Positions 51,386 to 64,000 of a stretch of 64,000 nucleotides of DNA are shown here, in pieces. The notes beneath the pieces were generated by a model. That model had not been told where the DNA came from, searched no databases, and saw nothing but the letters and a program-made list of their open reading frames with translations. The translations under genes and the position numbers were made by a program. Source of the DNA: Eledone cirrhosa. Its lineage: Eukaryota. The stretch spans positions 411,928,001 through 411,992,000 of the forward strand of contig OZ024740.1 in NCBI GenBank assembly GCA_964016885.1. The letters are read 5' to 3'. Position 1 is the stretch's first letter, and the number at the start of each line of letters is the position of its first letter.

Positions 51386-53796
51386 CTAAAAATAGTAGTA
51401 GTACTACTACTACTACTACAAATAATAATAATAATAATAATAACCTTTAAATTAATGCACGGCAGAGAAAATAATTAAAAAAACTAAGAAAAGAAATGCC
51501 ACAATAATTTAGCAGTTTCTAATTATGAAATTCATAATGGATTAAAGAAAAAGTTTCACAGGTAAAGAAAAAACAAGCCTCAAATAGTGTCTGGTCTAGC
51601 GAAGCTAATCTGGAGTCCTAGGGCAATATATGAAGCATATACAAATCAATGATCAATCCCCAAAAACAAACCAGGGCTATTGATACATGATCACAACAGT
51701 GAGGTAATCTCAGTCACTTCCAAACTTTCATCGCTATTTTTGGAATTGTTTTACGATAACCTTTAGTCTACAGGAGCCAACCTTAATTACAAAGCCCCCA
51801 CCACTCCCACTCCTAATATAATCTTCCTTCCTATTATTGCACAAGAGGTACTAGCATTTAAGAATGAGTTGAATAGAAATCGGCCACAGGTTCAGATGGA
51901 ATATCTAATTCAGTCATAAACGAAACATGAACTGTAATACAAGTAATAGTGCTAAATTAATTAGTAATTCATTAAAATTTCAACATCATCCAGATATATG
52001 GAGATTTATCCCCACGTTAGTAATACCGAAACCAAATATAGAAATCTACTACACTATCAACTCATGTCGTCTAGTAGTTCTAATATGGAATCTTTCTAGA
52101 ATGTTAGAAATATTATAAGTAATAGATTATCTTGATTCGGAGATATAATGAACATTTTCTCCTAATCTCATTTCGGATTTCGAGTGCATAGAATCACTGA
52201 GAATTCTGTAAAGGAAATAATCACATTCAATTCATCAGAAACACAAAACTGTTGAAAACATTAATCAATTTTATTTTACAAGATATAAGAGGAGTTTATG
52301 GTAATGTAGTTCATGGCACTCTTGTTAAAAATTTAAATCAATTTGAAATCCCTAGCTGACTTTGCAACTGGCTTGAAAGCTTTCTCCCTACTCATAGTAC
52401 AATCTGATTCTTAGAAAGGAGAAAAACAAAATTATTTATATATCTTCTAATGGACCTCCAAGTGTGTTCTCCAATCTCATCCATTCAGTTTATGTATTGC
52501 ACAAAGATTTTGTCTAGATATCTAAATAAATTATTTTAGCAGATGAAATCGATCAGATGATGCAACAACAACAATAGAAGATTGTAAAAAATGTGGTTCA
52601 TCTAAAGCACAATTGATTCTCTTCCATAATCCTGAACCTATCAATTATCAATGCGATAAAATATACTTAATGAATCAACTACTGGTACAGCAAACATCCT
52701 TCGTATTTGATTACAATGTGATTTAAATGCGAAACTCAATGAAAATAATGACCTCAACATCTCATGTGCTTATTTTAAGGAAGTTCCACTGCCTAACATA
52801 TTAACACTTGAGATTGTATAATAAGGGAGTCATCAACCCTCAATTTGTGTATGGCAGCTGGGTTTGGGGCACACAAACACTAGCTATATTCTAGCCATCG
52901 ATATATTTCATACCCAAATTGGCAAACCTATGTTGGGATGTCTAAGATCTACTTTCAAGATTTTTCCTATGCAAGGTTAACCCCTACTCAGTCGTTTATA
53001 TAGGAGCCAAGGAGTTGTAAAGTGCTAACTGTTCATTTTAGATATAAAACAAACACAGCATATTTTGTTTCCTCTATTGTTTGAACAATTAAAATCGTTT
53101 GTAATATCGATTAAATCTCAAAAGCGAAAGCAAAATAATTCCATATCATTATCACACAGACGATCAGTTTTAACAACTGGGTCAGTTACACATATGGTGT
53201 TCACTCAGACAAGGGAGTTTGGTATAGAGCTCTATGTTCTTTCAAAAATATTAATAGAAATATAAACTTCGGTTTATGTTGTGACTTCACAATATTTGAT
53301 GCAGAGTGGCTAGTGATAGATTATCTCATCTTATAGATTCAGCTAAAGAACTGTCATTGGTAAAAAAATGTTTTCTATGTGTGGATAGTGTATTGAACGT
53401 AGAACTGTTTCAATAAAGAAATAGGGGTCGGGTTAGAAATATTGAGAGTATTCTGCTAACAATATTTAACTACCTCTTAGGGAATAATGAACAAATAACA
53501 TTGGTTTGGATACCGGGACATACAGATATTAGACGAAATATAAAAGCAGATGAATTAGAAAAGAGGGAAGTACAAAGGGAAATAATAGATGTAGACTATA
53601 CCCCAAATCAATCGCAAGTGAAATCAGTTAGCAAAATATTGACGGCATCTAGAGATAAGCTTACACATTTCAATCCTACAATTTCTGAAGCAGATCTGTC
53701 CACATATAAAATATATCAGGCACAGAGTAATGCTAATATAAGGAAATACGACACTAGCTTGGAACTGATCATAGACTATTGAACTTTAATCAAGAA

Positions 53797-53984
53797 ATAA
53801 TTGTTTCTACTTTAGGCACAAGGCCAGCAATTATCCAGTGCATTACTGCTACTTTATTTTATCGACCCCGTAAGGATGAAAGGCAAAGTCAACCTCGGCG
53901 GGATTTGAACTCAGATCGTAAAGGGACGTAACTATGCTGGAAAGCATGGCGTCCGACCCTCTAACGATACTGCCAATCCACCAC
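53797..53984 (-). mobile_element. Family A SINE with 18-bp target-site duplication
   Basis: CTTTAATCAAGAAATAAT at 53784-53801 and 53985-54002. Confidence 0.92.
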
Positions 53985-54529
53985 CTTTAATCAAGAAATA
54001 ATAGTACAGAATCAGCAACATACTGTAGTGGTGCCTTCCCAAAAAATGTTTGGCAATATTTGTTCTAAGGAAAAACCTATCAGTCTGAGAGAGAGGACAT
54101 ATTGAAGGCGATCATTAAAAAAAAACTATCAAAATTGGAGATACAATATAATATTAATGATCTACTAAATATAAACAAAATTTTTGAGTACAGAGAGGTT
54201 GCGAAAAGATGCAACAACAAAACCCCGTAGCTGTTTTACAGATTCCTTTGTTTCCCATTATTCTTTATTGTTATTATGCTTATTTTTCCTCCAGTTGGCA
54301 GTTCCTAATTAATCGTTTTTATTTCATTTTATTTTTTTGTTAATATTATTTTAATTTTTATATCCACTTATCTCTGTATATCTTTGTTTTTGTTTCTCAA
54401 TTGTAAGAATACTAGATATTTCCTCTTGTCTGTCGTGGCTTACTAGCTATATATGGACGCTTCATTTGATTAAATAAAAAGTAAATGAATAAATAATTTA
54501 GGTATAATTTAGGTGAAGCGGAAAGTCAA

Positions 54530-54682
54530 TTAAATCCCACTCAGTGCATTATAGGTACTTTGTGTTATCGACACTGAAAGGATGAAATGTAAAGCTAACT
54601 TTGGCAGGCTTTCAACTCAGAAAGTAAAGGGACGTAATTATATGCCACAAAATGTCCGACGCTCTACCGATACTGCCAATTC
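54530..54682 (-). mobile_element. Diverged family A SINE
   Basis: Core and A/B boxes recognisable. Confidence 0.7.
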
Positions 54683-55009
54683 ACACACTAAGCTGATATG
54701 ATAACTTTAAATCTGTATCGCTAATAATAGGGTTACTTTCAGGATAATACTATAAGTAATAGGGTATGTAGGCATCCCTAGTTACGAAATTACAGGTGGA
54801 TGTTTCTATGATATACATTATAGCTATTAAAACACGTGGAGTTTTGAAAATCGATTAAAAGTATTGATAATGTCTTTTCAATTTACACGGAAATACAAAT
54901 TTAATGGAATATTCATATGCCTATATCCTAAAAATACTTATATTTATATGCGCCTCTACACAGTTTCGGCAACCTCTACAAAGTATAAATGTATTTGGTA
55001 TTGCACAGA

Positions 55010-55310
55010 ATAAAGATGCTCATCTGACATGAATGACTATTGGTTTTGCACTTAGAAAGGTTCATTCTTAGGCATAAGCCTGGGCTAATTTTATGAAGAA
55101 GACCAACAGACGTTCATGCATTCCAAGGTCCCGTCTCCACTCCACAGTTGTTGTCCATATGAAAGGCAAATACCGATATAGGCTGGTACCAGTGACATGG
55201 CAAATTTCTTCGGCTGAATGAACTGGAGTAACTTGAAATAAAGAGGACACAAACACTACCCGATACAACGAACCAAACTCAGAGCCTCACGAATGATAAG
55301 TAGTCATGTG
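55010..55310 (-). mobile_element. Diverged SINE of a second type (tRNA head plus CORE-like centre)
   Basis: CTTTATTTCA..TT.CTCCAGTT.A.TCAGC block shared with 60182-60212. Confidence 0.55.
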
Positions 55311-55644
55311 CATTTGTCACAAAAAAGTAACAACACTGTTTTTCACATAAGTTGAAAACTGTACTAATAAAACATGTTTAATAACTTGAATTTTGCGTTT
55401 TCGTTTTTTGCAACAATTATCAATTTATAAATTTATTTAAGTTATTAGTCAAAGTGGAAATAACTTATACGTATTTGAACATCTCTATGCATAGGAATGT
55501 TATAATTTAGAAGTATATTTGTTTATAAAGTATTTCTTCGTTTCTAGTAGTTAATTTTGAATTTCTTTTTCTGCCAAACTTCTAAATATCTACCTAACGT
55601 GTATTTCGTTAGATCTGGTTTTCTAATTCACTCCCAAAAATAGC

Positions 55645-55712
55645 TTCTGGTCAGGCGAATATAACTCTCTTTGCCACCCTTCTGGTCAGGCGAATATAAC
55701 TCTTTGCCACCC
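55645..55712 (+). repeat. Tandem duplication of ~34 bp
   Basis: CTTCTGGTCAGGCGAATATAACTCT..TTGCCACC twice. Confidence 0.85.
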
Positions 55713-55779
55713 AGAAACACTATACAATATATCCGATTGCTTCTTTTGAAGTCCATTTCTGCATTTTTTCTTTTTTGCT

Positions 55780-56140
55780 AAACAATTTTAAATTTATTAA
55801 ACAAAAGTTATCCAATGATGAAAATATTCTAAAAAAGGATAAAAACAAAATTAAGAAATGAAAAGGTGGGATGGGAGGGGTTAAAGAAGAGAAGCTACGA
55901 CTATGTAGGAAGTAAAAGAAGGGATTATAAATGCAAGAAATTAGAAGAAAAGGAAGGAAACAGCATGGACTATTAGGCAACGAAAGAAAGAAAGGAGGAA
56001 GTTGACAGAATGGCTGACTCTACAGCTAGGTTTGAGCCATGTTTCGGTTGCGCCCTGTGGACAACGGCCAGTGACACACACTGCAACGGCCACTTCGCCT
56101 CTCGGATATCCTTGCTCAGACAGGCTGCTGCCGTTCCGAT
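55780..56140 (-). mobile_element. Second CRE-like 3' fragment
   Basis: REAKWPLQCVSLAVV motif followed by a pyrimidine-rich UTR, as at 46600-46920. Confidence 0.5.
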
Positions 56141-56385
56141 TTTGCCGAGGGGAATTTATTAAAGGTAAGTAGCGAATTTTATGAACCTAGAGTTCACCTG
56201 TTTGTTACAGGGTAATCAAACAGGAACTAACGTTTCAATATCAGGCGCAATATGAATGAAGGAAGAATCGTGTTGGGGGAGTGGGATTTAATTGTGAAGG
56301 GGTAATTTAGATAGGGTGCAGGTTGCGGCCAGCAGGGCGTGAGGATATATATATATATATATATATATCCTCACGCAGTGCGACC

Positions 56386-56472
<87 letters not shown>

Positions 56473-58879
56473 GACTCTATTTCTCAGAACACAAATATAA
56501 CAGGTAACACAAAAATAGAAGGAAGAGACCGTTCAGGGAAGACAGTCCATTTATCTTTAGCATTACGTGTAACATTATACATCAAGAACTTCTGCCAAAT
56601 TTGTTGTCATATTCGCAGTTAAAACGCTTTAATGCAGGATAAACTGAACGCATTGCTTTTTGAGTTATTGTGAGCCTCATAAATTATACGCGTTGTCATA
56701 CGATTATAAATAAATAGTTGTTCTTTATAAAAAAACAGTCCTATATGTGAATATTCTCTCATGTGAACTACAGTGATCTTATTAGTGTCTCTAGAAAATG
56801 GTATGTAATGAGAGTCTAATAAATTCTTCGAATTCGGTAGAAATTAAACCATCTGTCAGATTGAAAATTCAACTTACGGGCATTTCGTCTATTAATTAGG
56901 AATTCATATTAATGTATATATTTAACCATAAACACAAACAAGCATACATATACACATACACGTGTGTGTGTATGTGAGTCTGCCAGTATCTGTGTATATG
57001 TGTATCCGTCTGTGTGTGCGATTCTCTGTGTGTCCGCATGCATCTGTAGTTGCAAGTCTATGAAAATCTGTGGCCCGAAGCCATCTCATCTTCTTTGTTT
57101 TATAAAGCACAGATCTTGAATAAAAACAAAACTTAAAGTGTTTCGCAACTGGTTTACGTCAGAATATAAAGTCTGAGCAGAACGGCAAAACGTGTTTGGT
57201 GATATGGGGCTGAGCAAGTTGAACTAACATTAGAATATACCCTTCGCCATTAAGAAGTTTAGTCACTACTCGCTACAAACAAGCATACATACATATACAC
57301 ATTCATCCGTACATCATCCTTACATACATACATAAATACATACATAAATACATACATACATACATACATACACACATACATACATACATACGTACATAAA
57401 AATATACCCTATGATGGAATTTGTAACAATAGATGAGTAACATTGACATATATTACCCAGATGAGAATAATATAATCTTGGGAACACTTCGAACACAATA
57501 AATCAGTGGCACACAATGTGCTTCCTGCAACATTTACATTACTGGAATGCCTGCTACATATGATCTGTGGCATTGGTTTGCAACACCGAAAAGTTCTAAC
57601 AGAACACCAGAAATGTCTACATAAACATTGGTATAAACCACCTCACACTGAAATATAGACAGGGAGAGATATTCTTCACAGCAATCCAAACAGCGTCTTA
57701 GTGTCGCATCATATCCCTACAACAACATCTACGAATTGACAAGCGTAGAATTCCGTCCAGAGATGTCTACTGGACCTCCTTGTGAAGGAGCTCCTTCAGA
57801 AAGAATCCCTGTTTGACAACCAGAGATTTACCCACACCCCACAAACAAACAAACAAAAATTGCACAGAAGGCGGCAAAATCCATGGATGAAAAGCTGTAT
57901 GCTTCTCAGCAATACATCGTTAATGGCTAAGTTACTAGAATGCTGCAATGTGAGAGTATTTGAAGTAGATTATAATTGAGCAACCACCGGTGTATCTCAA
58001 TTTGAAAGTATGCTTTTGCAATACAATTAGAGGAATTAAATAACATCGTAATACCTGGTGCAGAAAATAGATAGAGATGCAATCAAAACACCTAGATGTG
58101 ACAAAATATGCAGCTTCTGAAGAATAAACATTGAGGCTGTCACCCGTGAGATGAACAACTGTCCAACGATATATTCACGATACATTCTAACCATGAGGCA
58201 ATATGTAATTGCCAGAACAATATATAATCCAATCCATAGCATTGATAGCCCTGAGAATTTAAATATAAAAAGTAACCGTGATATGTAGGCTATATGAAAA
58301 CTTAATATGAAACGATATTGGTGTAATATTCCATTGGAGATTTTAATAAAATACCAACATAGCAGAACCGACATGGTTAGATGTGACAGAGAAAAGGAGA
58401 CATGCAAATTAGTGTAAATCAGCTGACCAGCAGATGCCAATATAATGCTAAAGATTAGCGAAACTAATGAAATCATGCTGAACTAATAAATAATTTGCAA
58501 ATACTCCTCCCTATTTCATCAGATTTCTAGCTGACATGTTTAGGGTTATTGGATATATATTTGGTTTGTATGTGAAGCATTGGAGGAGTCACGATAGCAA
58601 TAAAATGTCATTCATCAGCTGCACTTCACTTCAGGTTTATTATTAGGTATTTAACACATTCCGCGATTAGGTTAATAATCTTATATACGTCTGTTATATT
58701 CTATGACCTTCTTATTAACCTTTCCTACTTCTCTCTGTCTCCACATGGTTTTTTTCTTGTTCTATTTACTAACACTTGCTTTCCTTTGGTATGTATATGA
58801 TATTTGTGTATTCATATATACATGATTGTTTCTGTACTCCTGCTTCCACAAGGTTCAACGTTTGACAATTGCGGTTGGT

Positions 58880-58912
<33 letters not shown>

Positions 58913-58989
58913 TCAGGTTATCAATAATGTAGTGATAATATCGTTAAATTCCTTTTTTAACAAAAGCACTTTCATTTTATATTCATCCT

Positions 58990-59023
<34 letters not shown>

Positions 59024-59518
59024 TATGTCAACACCATAACATGCTAACCATCCAAACAGACACATACACACACACATAACACCTTCTACTTTAGAAAATA
59101 AAAACCCGAACTAAATAAACCTTAACATACGTTTGCACTGACAATACAACAGAACAAATACGAATAAGTAAGGAAAATATGTTCATTCAAAAATATTCCT
59201 ACTAATAGAATCATTTTCCTACACACACACACTCACACACACACACACACAATATATATATATATTCTCTTCATCTGAACATGCTAACCATACTCCCACA
59301 CACATAACAACTATACACACACATAACAACCCCCGCCCCCTACACACACAACTCCCTCCCCCATTTCTACTAATAGAATCACTTTCCTACACACATATAT
59401 ACACACACACAAAATATATATTTTCTCTCCATCTTAACATACTCCCACACACACATAACACCCATATACACACACACACAACTCCCTCCCCCATTTCTAT
59501 TAATAGAATCATCTTCCA

Positions 59519-59549
<31 letters not shown>

Positions 59550-59736
59550 AGCACACAAATAAACATACACATCTTCACTTTCTTCATTTCAATAGAAAAT
59601 CTGAATTCTGACACCCCAGCGAACTAACCATATTCACTGAACCAGAACAATTCTCCCATCCCATTTCTCTTGATCATTATCTTTGCTTGTCATAGAATTC
59701 TCTAAAAAGGCTACAGAATGTAAGTATGTATACGTA

Positions 59737-60030
59737 CATGGTGGCTGCCAACTCGTTTTCGAGTACGGCCACTACTTTATATCAATGTAGGGGAACCCCT
59801 ACCGATGCGGTGACCGAGTGTGACTTTTTAGTCCAGCCAGCGACTTGAAAATTCAGGTACAAACACTACACTTATGACAATTATTGACACATAGTGCTGG
59901 GCCCATGGTACCATGTAACGACAAGTGCAGAGAGATCTCCAGATATAAAGTAATGCCTGTGCCGTGAAGCTTTTATAGTGAGCAAAGGCACTGCACAAAG
60001 CCAGTCCCACTCTCTTAACCAAGATGATAT
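59737..60030 (-). mobile_element. 3' half of the non-autonomous RTE-dependent element
   Basis: Closely similar to 33657-33950. Confidence 0.8.
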
Positions 60031-60081
60031 TATACGTACATACATATATGTATACAGACGTACAGTAGTATGTATATATAT

Positions 60082-60428
60082 GGAGGCACATGGCTTAGTG
60101 GTTAGAGCATTGGCCTTGCAATCGAAAGGTTGTGAGTTCAATTCTCAGACCGGGTGATGTGTTGTTTCCATCAGCAAGACACTTTATTTCACATTGCTCC
60201 AGTTTACTCAGCTTTAGAAATAAGATGATAGGGACTGGGGTCCATACCATTCCACTGCAAAGTGGTTGTGCAGGTGCCACGGCAAAAGAAGCACCTAACA
60301 CTCACTGTAAATGAGGTTGGTGTTAGGAAGGGCATCCAGCTGTAGAAATCAAGCCAGAATCAGTTCCCGTCCCCCCCTTGCAAGCAGGGAAAAGCGGACG
60401 TAAAATAAAATGATGATGATGATGATGA
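60082..60428 (+). mobile_element. tRNA-derived CORE-like SINE with RTE-type tail and (GAT)n end
   Basis: A box TGGCTTAGTGG, B box GAGTTCAATTC, tail GTTAGGAAGGGCATCCAGCTGTAGAAA..GCGGACGT..(GAT)n. Confidence 0.8.
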
Positions 60429-60754
60429 TATACATACATGCACACATATATATATGTACGTATGGATTCACCGAACATTTATTATAATGCTCGGTGTGTT
60501 TGTAAACAAACATCCCGAATTAAGCCGTACAGTGTCTAGCAACCATCGTTGCTCATTTGTTCAACACTGGCAAAGGAACGCTGTACTAGTTTCAAGCGTA
60601 TTAGCTATCGTCAGCAACGTATACCTTCCTGCCAGATGATTGAAGGTCTGAAAGTATATACTTTCCTTATGCATATTAACGGCTAAGCAGCCTAATTTGC
60701 ATATCGAGTGAGTTAATCGGCCGGGCGCACTGAAAACGATAAACGGAAAAAAAT

Positions 60755-61600
60755 GAATAGATTTCCAAATAAGGGCACGAAAATTTAATGAAAACTTGTT
60801 CATGTGACAGCCTTAATTTCATTTATAACCAATCAAATTACGTTTATTTTAAAAAAGCCTTCGTGAGCCGCCTTTCTTTTAAGTAAAAACAAATTCAAAC
60901 ACACACATACACACACATAAACATACATATCTTTACTTTCTTTATTTCAATAAAAAATCTGAATTCTGACACCCCAGCGAACTAACCGTATTCACTGAAC
61001 CAGAACAATTTTACCATCCCATTTCTCTTTACCATTATCTTTTGCTTGTCATAAAATTCTCTAAACAGGTTACAGAATAGATTTCCAAATAAGGGCGCGA
61101 AAATTTAATGAAAACTTGTTCACGTGACAGTCATAATTTCATTTATAACCAATCAAATTACGTTTATTAAAAAAAAGCTTTCGTGAGCCCCCTTTTTTTT
61201 AAGTAAAAACAAATTCAAACACTCATATATGAAAAAACAACCTGAGACCTCCCCCCTTGTTTGAAGAACTTTATAACGCGAACTGGCGCGAAACTTATTA
61301 TAATTATTGACCAACCAATCAAACCTGGCATTTCGAGCCACTTTTTTCCATATAAAACAAGTAAAAATCATAGACCAACCAGATGTGAGAAAAACCACAG
61401 ACCCTCCATCTCAACTCTACTTTTGAAAAGCAGAAGAACTGCGAAACCGGTAAAGGAACCAAATAAATATATATAATTTTTTTTAAATAAGACTCCAGTT
61501 GCATTTTCGATTTCATCATTTTTTCTTTATACTTTCACTCGTGCAGGACACCTCGGTTATTTTTCATTTTGTAACAAAAAACCTCACTTTCTAATATATG
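60755..61600 (+). mobile_element. Dispersed repeat family carrying a hammerhead (probable PLE tail); other pieces at 16381-16525, 59565-59720 and 62980-63900 (minus)
   Basis: Internal direct duplication 60755-60900 / 61075-61222; inverted diverged copy at 62980-63530. Confidence 0.7.
61420..61455 (+). ncRNA. Minimal type I hammerhead ribozyme, U3:A8 variant
   Basis: ctt TTGAAAA gcag-aagaa-ctgc GAAAC CG GTA aag; palindromic ACCGGT stem III; stem I only 3 bp. Confidence 0.6.
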
Positions 61601-61746
61601 TATATATATATATACATATATCCGTGTGTCTCTGTGTGTGTGTATGCTTTATGACTTGTTCTTACAACGTTTGTGTAATTTTTGTGTCATTTGTTTTCCT
61701 CTTTCACAACTGTCTCTAAGTCATTATTACGCCTCTTTATATGTAC

Positions 61747-61955
61747 TGATAAAATAAAGTACCAGTAATGCACTGGGTAATTGCTGGCCTTGTGCCTAAC
61801 GTAGAAACATTTATTACGCCCCTTTATATTCTGAGTCCAAATCCCGCCGAGGTTAACTTTGCCATTCATCCTTACGGGCCCGATAAAATAAAGTACCACA
61901 GTAATGCACTGGGATAATTGCTGGCCTTGTACCAAAAGTAGAAACAATTATTATT
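61747..61955 (+). mobile_element. Two 5'-truncated family A SINEs in tandem
   Basis: Family match; TTATTACGCCyCTTTATAT precedes each copy. Confidence 0.8.
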
Positions 61956-62253
61956 CTGTTCCTGTTTTATCTGGAGGCTGACTTGTGCACTACTTTGTAT
62001 ATATTCAGATGTATCATTATATTATAATCAGTCGCTATGATGTGGGTATAATGGTATTAAAGTCACCCATTGTTCAGTTATAAACGTAGAGCCCTTAACT
62101 TGCCTAAACATTGCATAATTTCCATGTGTAGATATGTTATCTCAGTGTTTAACATTGAGCCAGTATGCTCATGTTTGACATATTGATAGAGCAATAACGA
62201 CTTTCCTTTGATTTCCAGTGCATCTCTAGAACGTGATTCTTATAGAATTCCAG

Positions 62254-62334
<81 letters not shown>

Positions 62335-62734
62335 ACAAGTAAATATGTTTTGAAACAGTGAGCAGGTTTGAAATTAAAAAATAGACTAGCTTTCACCGTA
62401 TTTTTGACAAAAGAAATGTTAGCCTGCTAATGGGGTTTAGAACCCACAGTTAAATGGAAAAAGATGAGTATTGACGTACACGTGATAATGTGCGTTCTTA
62501 TTGCTGGTATTACCTTCATTTATATTATACATTTTTACATCTTTGAAATTTAAAGTTTGAATGTGACATAAAATGTATTCAATTGTATCTTCATTTCAAT
62601 GTAGTTTAATATTCTTTCAACACATTTACCAAAAGTCTATGTTGGTCTGTGTGTTTGCTCATAGTCACACAGAGTGTTTATTATACTTCAAACTTTACTA
62701 TCATCCTAGGTACATAGATAAAGTTCCCGGGCGT

Positions 62735-62771
<37 letters not shown>

Positions 62772-62905
62772 GGCTTGTAGGCAGTAAGTGAGCAGAATAG
62801 TCGATGTCTGTCTCTCGCAAATTTGCTATGTCCGACTTTGTCCCAGGTGTTATCTTTGATTGGTATCTTCAACGCAAACATCACAGACTAGTTTTGAAAT
62901 CCAAA

Positions 62906-62974
<69 letters not shown>

Positions 62975-63046
62975 ATATCAGGAAAAAGTTAAAATCGAAA
63001 ATGCAACTGGAGTCTTTTTTTATGAAAATATATATTTATTTGGTTC

Positions 63047-63082
63047 CTTTACCGGTTTCGCAGTTCTTCTGCTTTTCAAAAG
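63047..63082 (-). ncRNA. Minimal type I hammerhead ribozyme, U3:A8 variant (identical to 61420-61455)
   Basis: Reverse complement reads ctt TTGAAAA gcagaagaactgc GAAACCGGTA aag. Confidence 0.6.
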
Positions 63083-63532
63083 TAGAATTGAGATGGAGGG
63101 TCTGTGTTTTTTCTCAAATCTAATTGGTCTTTGAATGTAACTTGTTTTATATCGAAAAAAGTCGCTCGAAATGCAAGGTTTTTAGAGAAGTAATTTGGTT
63201 GGCTGGTGAATAAGTATAATAAACATCGCGCCAGTTCGAGTTACAAAGTTCTTCAAACAAAGGGGGGGGGGAGCTCAGATTGTTTTTTCATATATTAGTG
63301 AAGTCGGTTGGTTGATGCAGTCACGTGAATAAGCACTTAGCTTTCGCGCCAGTTTGTTTGAATTACTTTTTACTTAAAAAACGTGGCCCACGAAGGATTT
63401 TTTTTTTTATAAATGTAATTTGATTGGTTATAAATGAAATTATGACTGTCACGTGAACAAGTACATTATATTTCGCGTCCGTATTTTGGAATTTTTTTAT
63501 AGCCATTTAGAGAATTTTGTGCCAAACAAAAG

Positions 63533-63845
63533 ATAATTGTTTCTACTTTTGGCACAGGGCCAGCAATTACCCAGTGCATTATTGGTACTCTATTTTATCG
63601 ACCCCGTAAGGAAGAAAGGCAAAGTTAACCTCGGCGGAATTTGAACTCAGACCGTAAAGGGACGTAACTATGCTGGAAAGTATGGCGTCCCACCCTCTAC
63701 GGATACTGCCATTCCACCAAACAAAAGATAATTGTTTCTACTTTTTGGCACAAGGCCAGCAAATCACCAGTACATTACTGGTACTTTATTTTATCGACCC
63801 CGTAAGGATGAAGCGCAAAGTTAACCCCGGCGGGATTTGAACTCA
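63533..63845 (-). mobile_element. Two tandem family A SINEs inserted in the dispersed repeat
   Basis: AACAAAAGATAAT (last copy AACAAAAGCTAAT) occurs three times, at ~63525, ~63720 and ~63845. Confidence 0.88.
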
Positions 63846-64000
63846 ACAAAAGCTAATGGTCAAGAAAAATGGATGGAGAGAGTTGTTCTGAGTATGACTG
63901 ATGTGCTGGAATGTAATTTGATTAATTATAACTGAAATTATGACTGTTACAAATGAAATTATGACTAATACTCTAACACCTTAACATGCTAACCCCCCCC

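Larger units (their letters stand above)
49900..54480 (+). mobile_element. Degraded I-group-like LINE (APE endonuclease, RT, RNase H) with nested insertions
   Basis: LINIYNPP and LIGELSSH (APE-like); WRFIPTLVIPKP..SCRLVVL..SRMLEIL (RT); WIPGHTDIRRNIKADEL (RNase H). Boundaries approximate. Confidence 0.7.

Noticed and set aside
58036-58476. 146-aa hydrophobic minus-strand ORF as a membrane protein gene
   Set aside because: No recognisable motif or splice context; T-rich sequence readily gives hydrophobic ORFs
60082-60155. tRNA gene
   Set aside because: tRNA-like head continues into a SINE body and tail; no proper acceptor stem
61480-61600. Helitron terminus
   Set aside because: No clear subterminal hairpin with CTRR; the adjacent hammerhead favours a PLE-type tail

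Overview
AT-rich, microsatellite-saturated animal DNA, most consistent with an octopod/cephalopod mollusc (inferred from the SINE families; not verified). No intact host gene is visible. Most entries in the ORF track are microsatellite artefacts. The window is a nest of retroelements: a near full-length R4/Dong RLE LINE and older Dong remnants, RTE LINE ends with non-autonomous partners, CRE-like and RNase H-bearing LINE remnants, a deleted mariner, more than 15 tRNA-SINE copies, and many Penelope-like element (PLE) fragments. These appear to sit inside a heavily decayed ABCB/P-glycoprotein-like pseudogene on the + strand. The standout feature is at 38.8-41.5 kb: 8.3 apparently identical 310-bp non-coding units, each with a minimal type I hammerhead ribozyme, preceded by a 126-bp inverted duplication and set in (TA)n. 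This is the architecture of a retrozyme, a self-cleaving and probably circular RNA replicon. About nine further near-intact hammerheads from other families are dispersed across the window, including U3:A8, U10.1/U11.1 and C4 core variants. There are also twister-like and HDV-like candidates at RTE 5' ends. All structures were folded by eye and no ribozyme activity is demonstrated.
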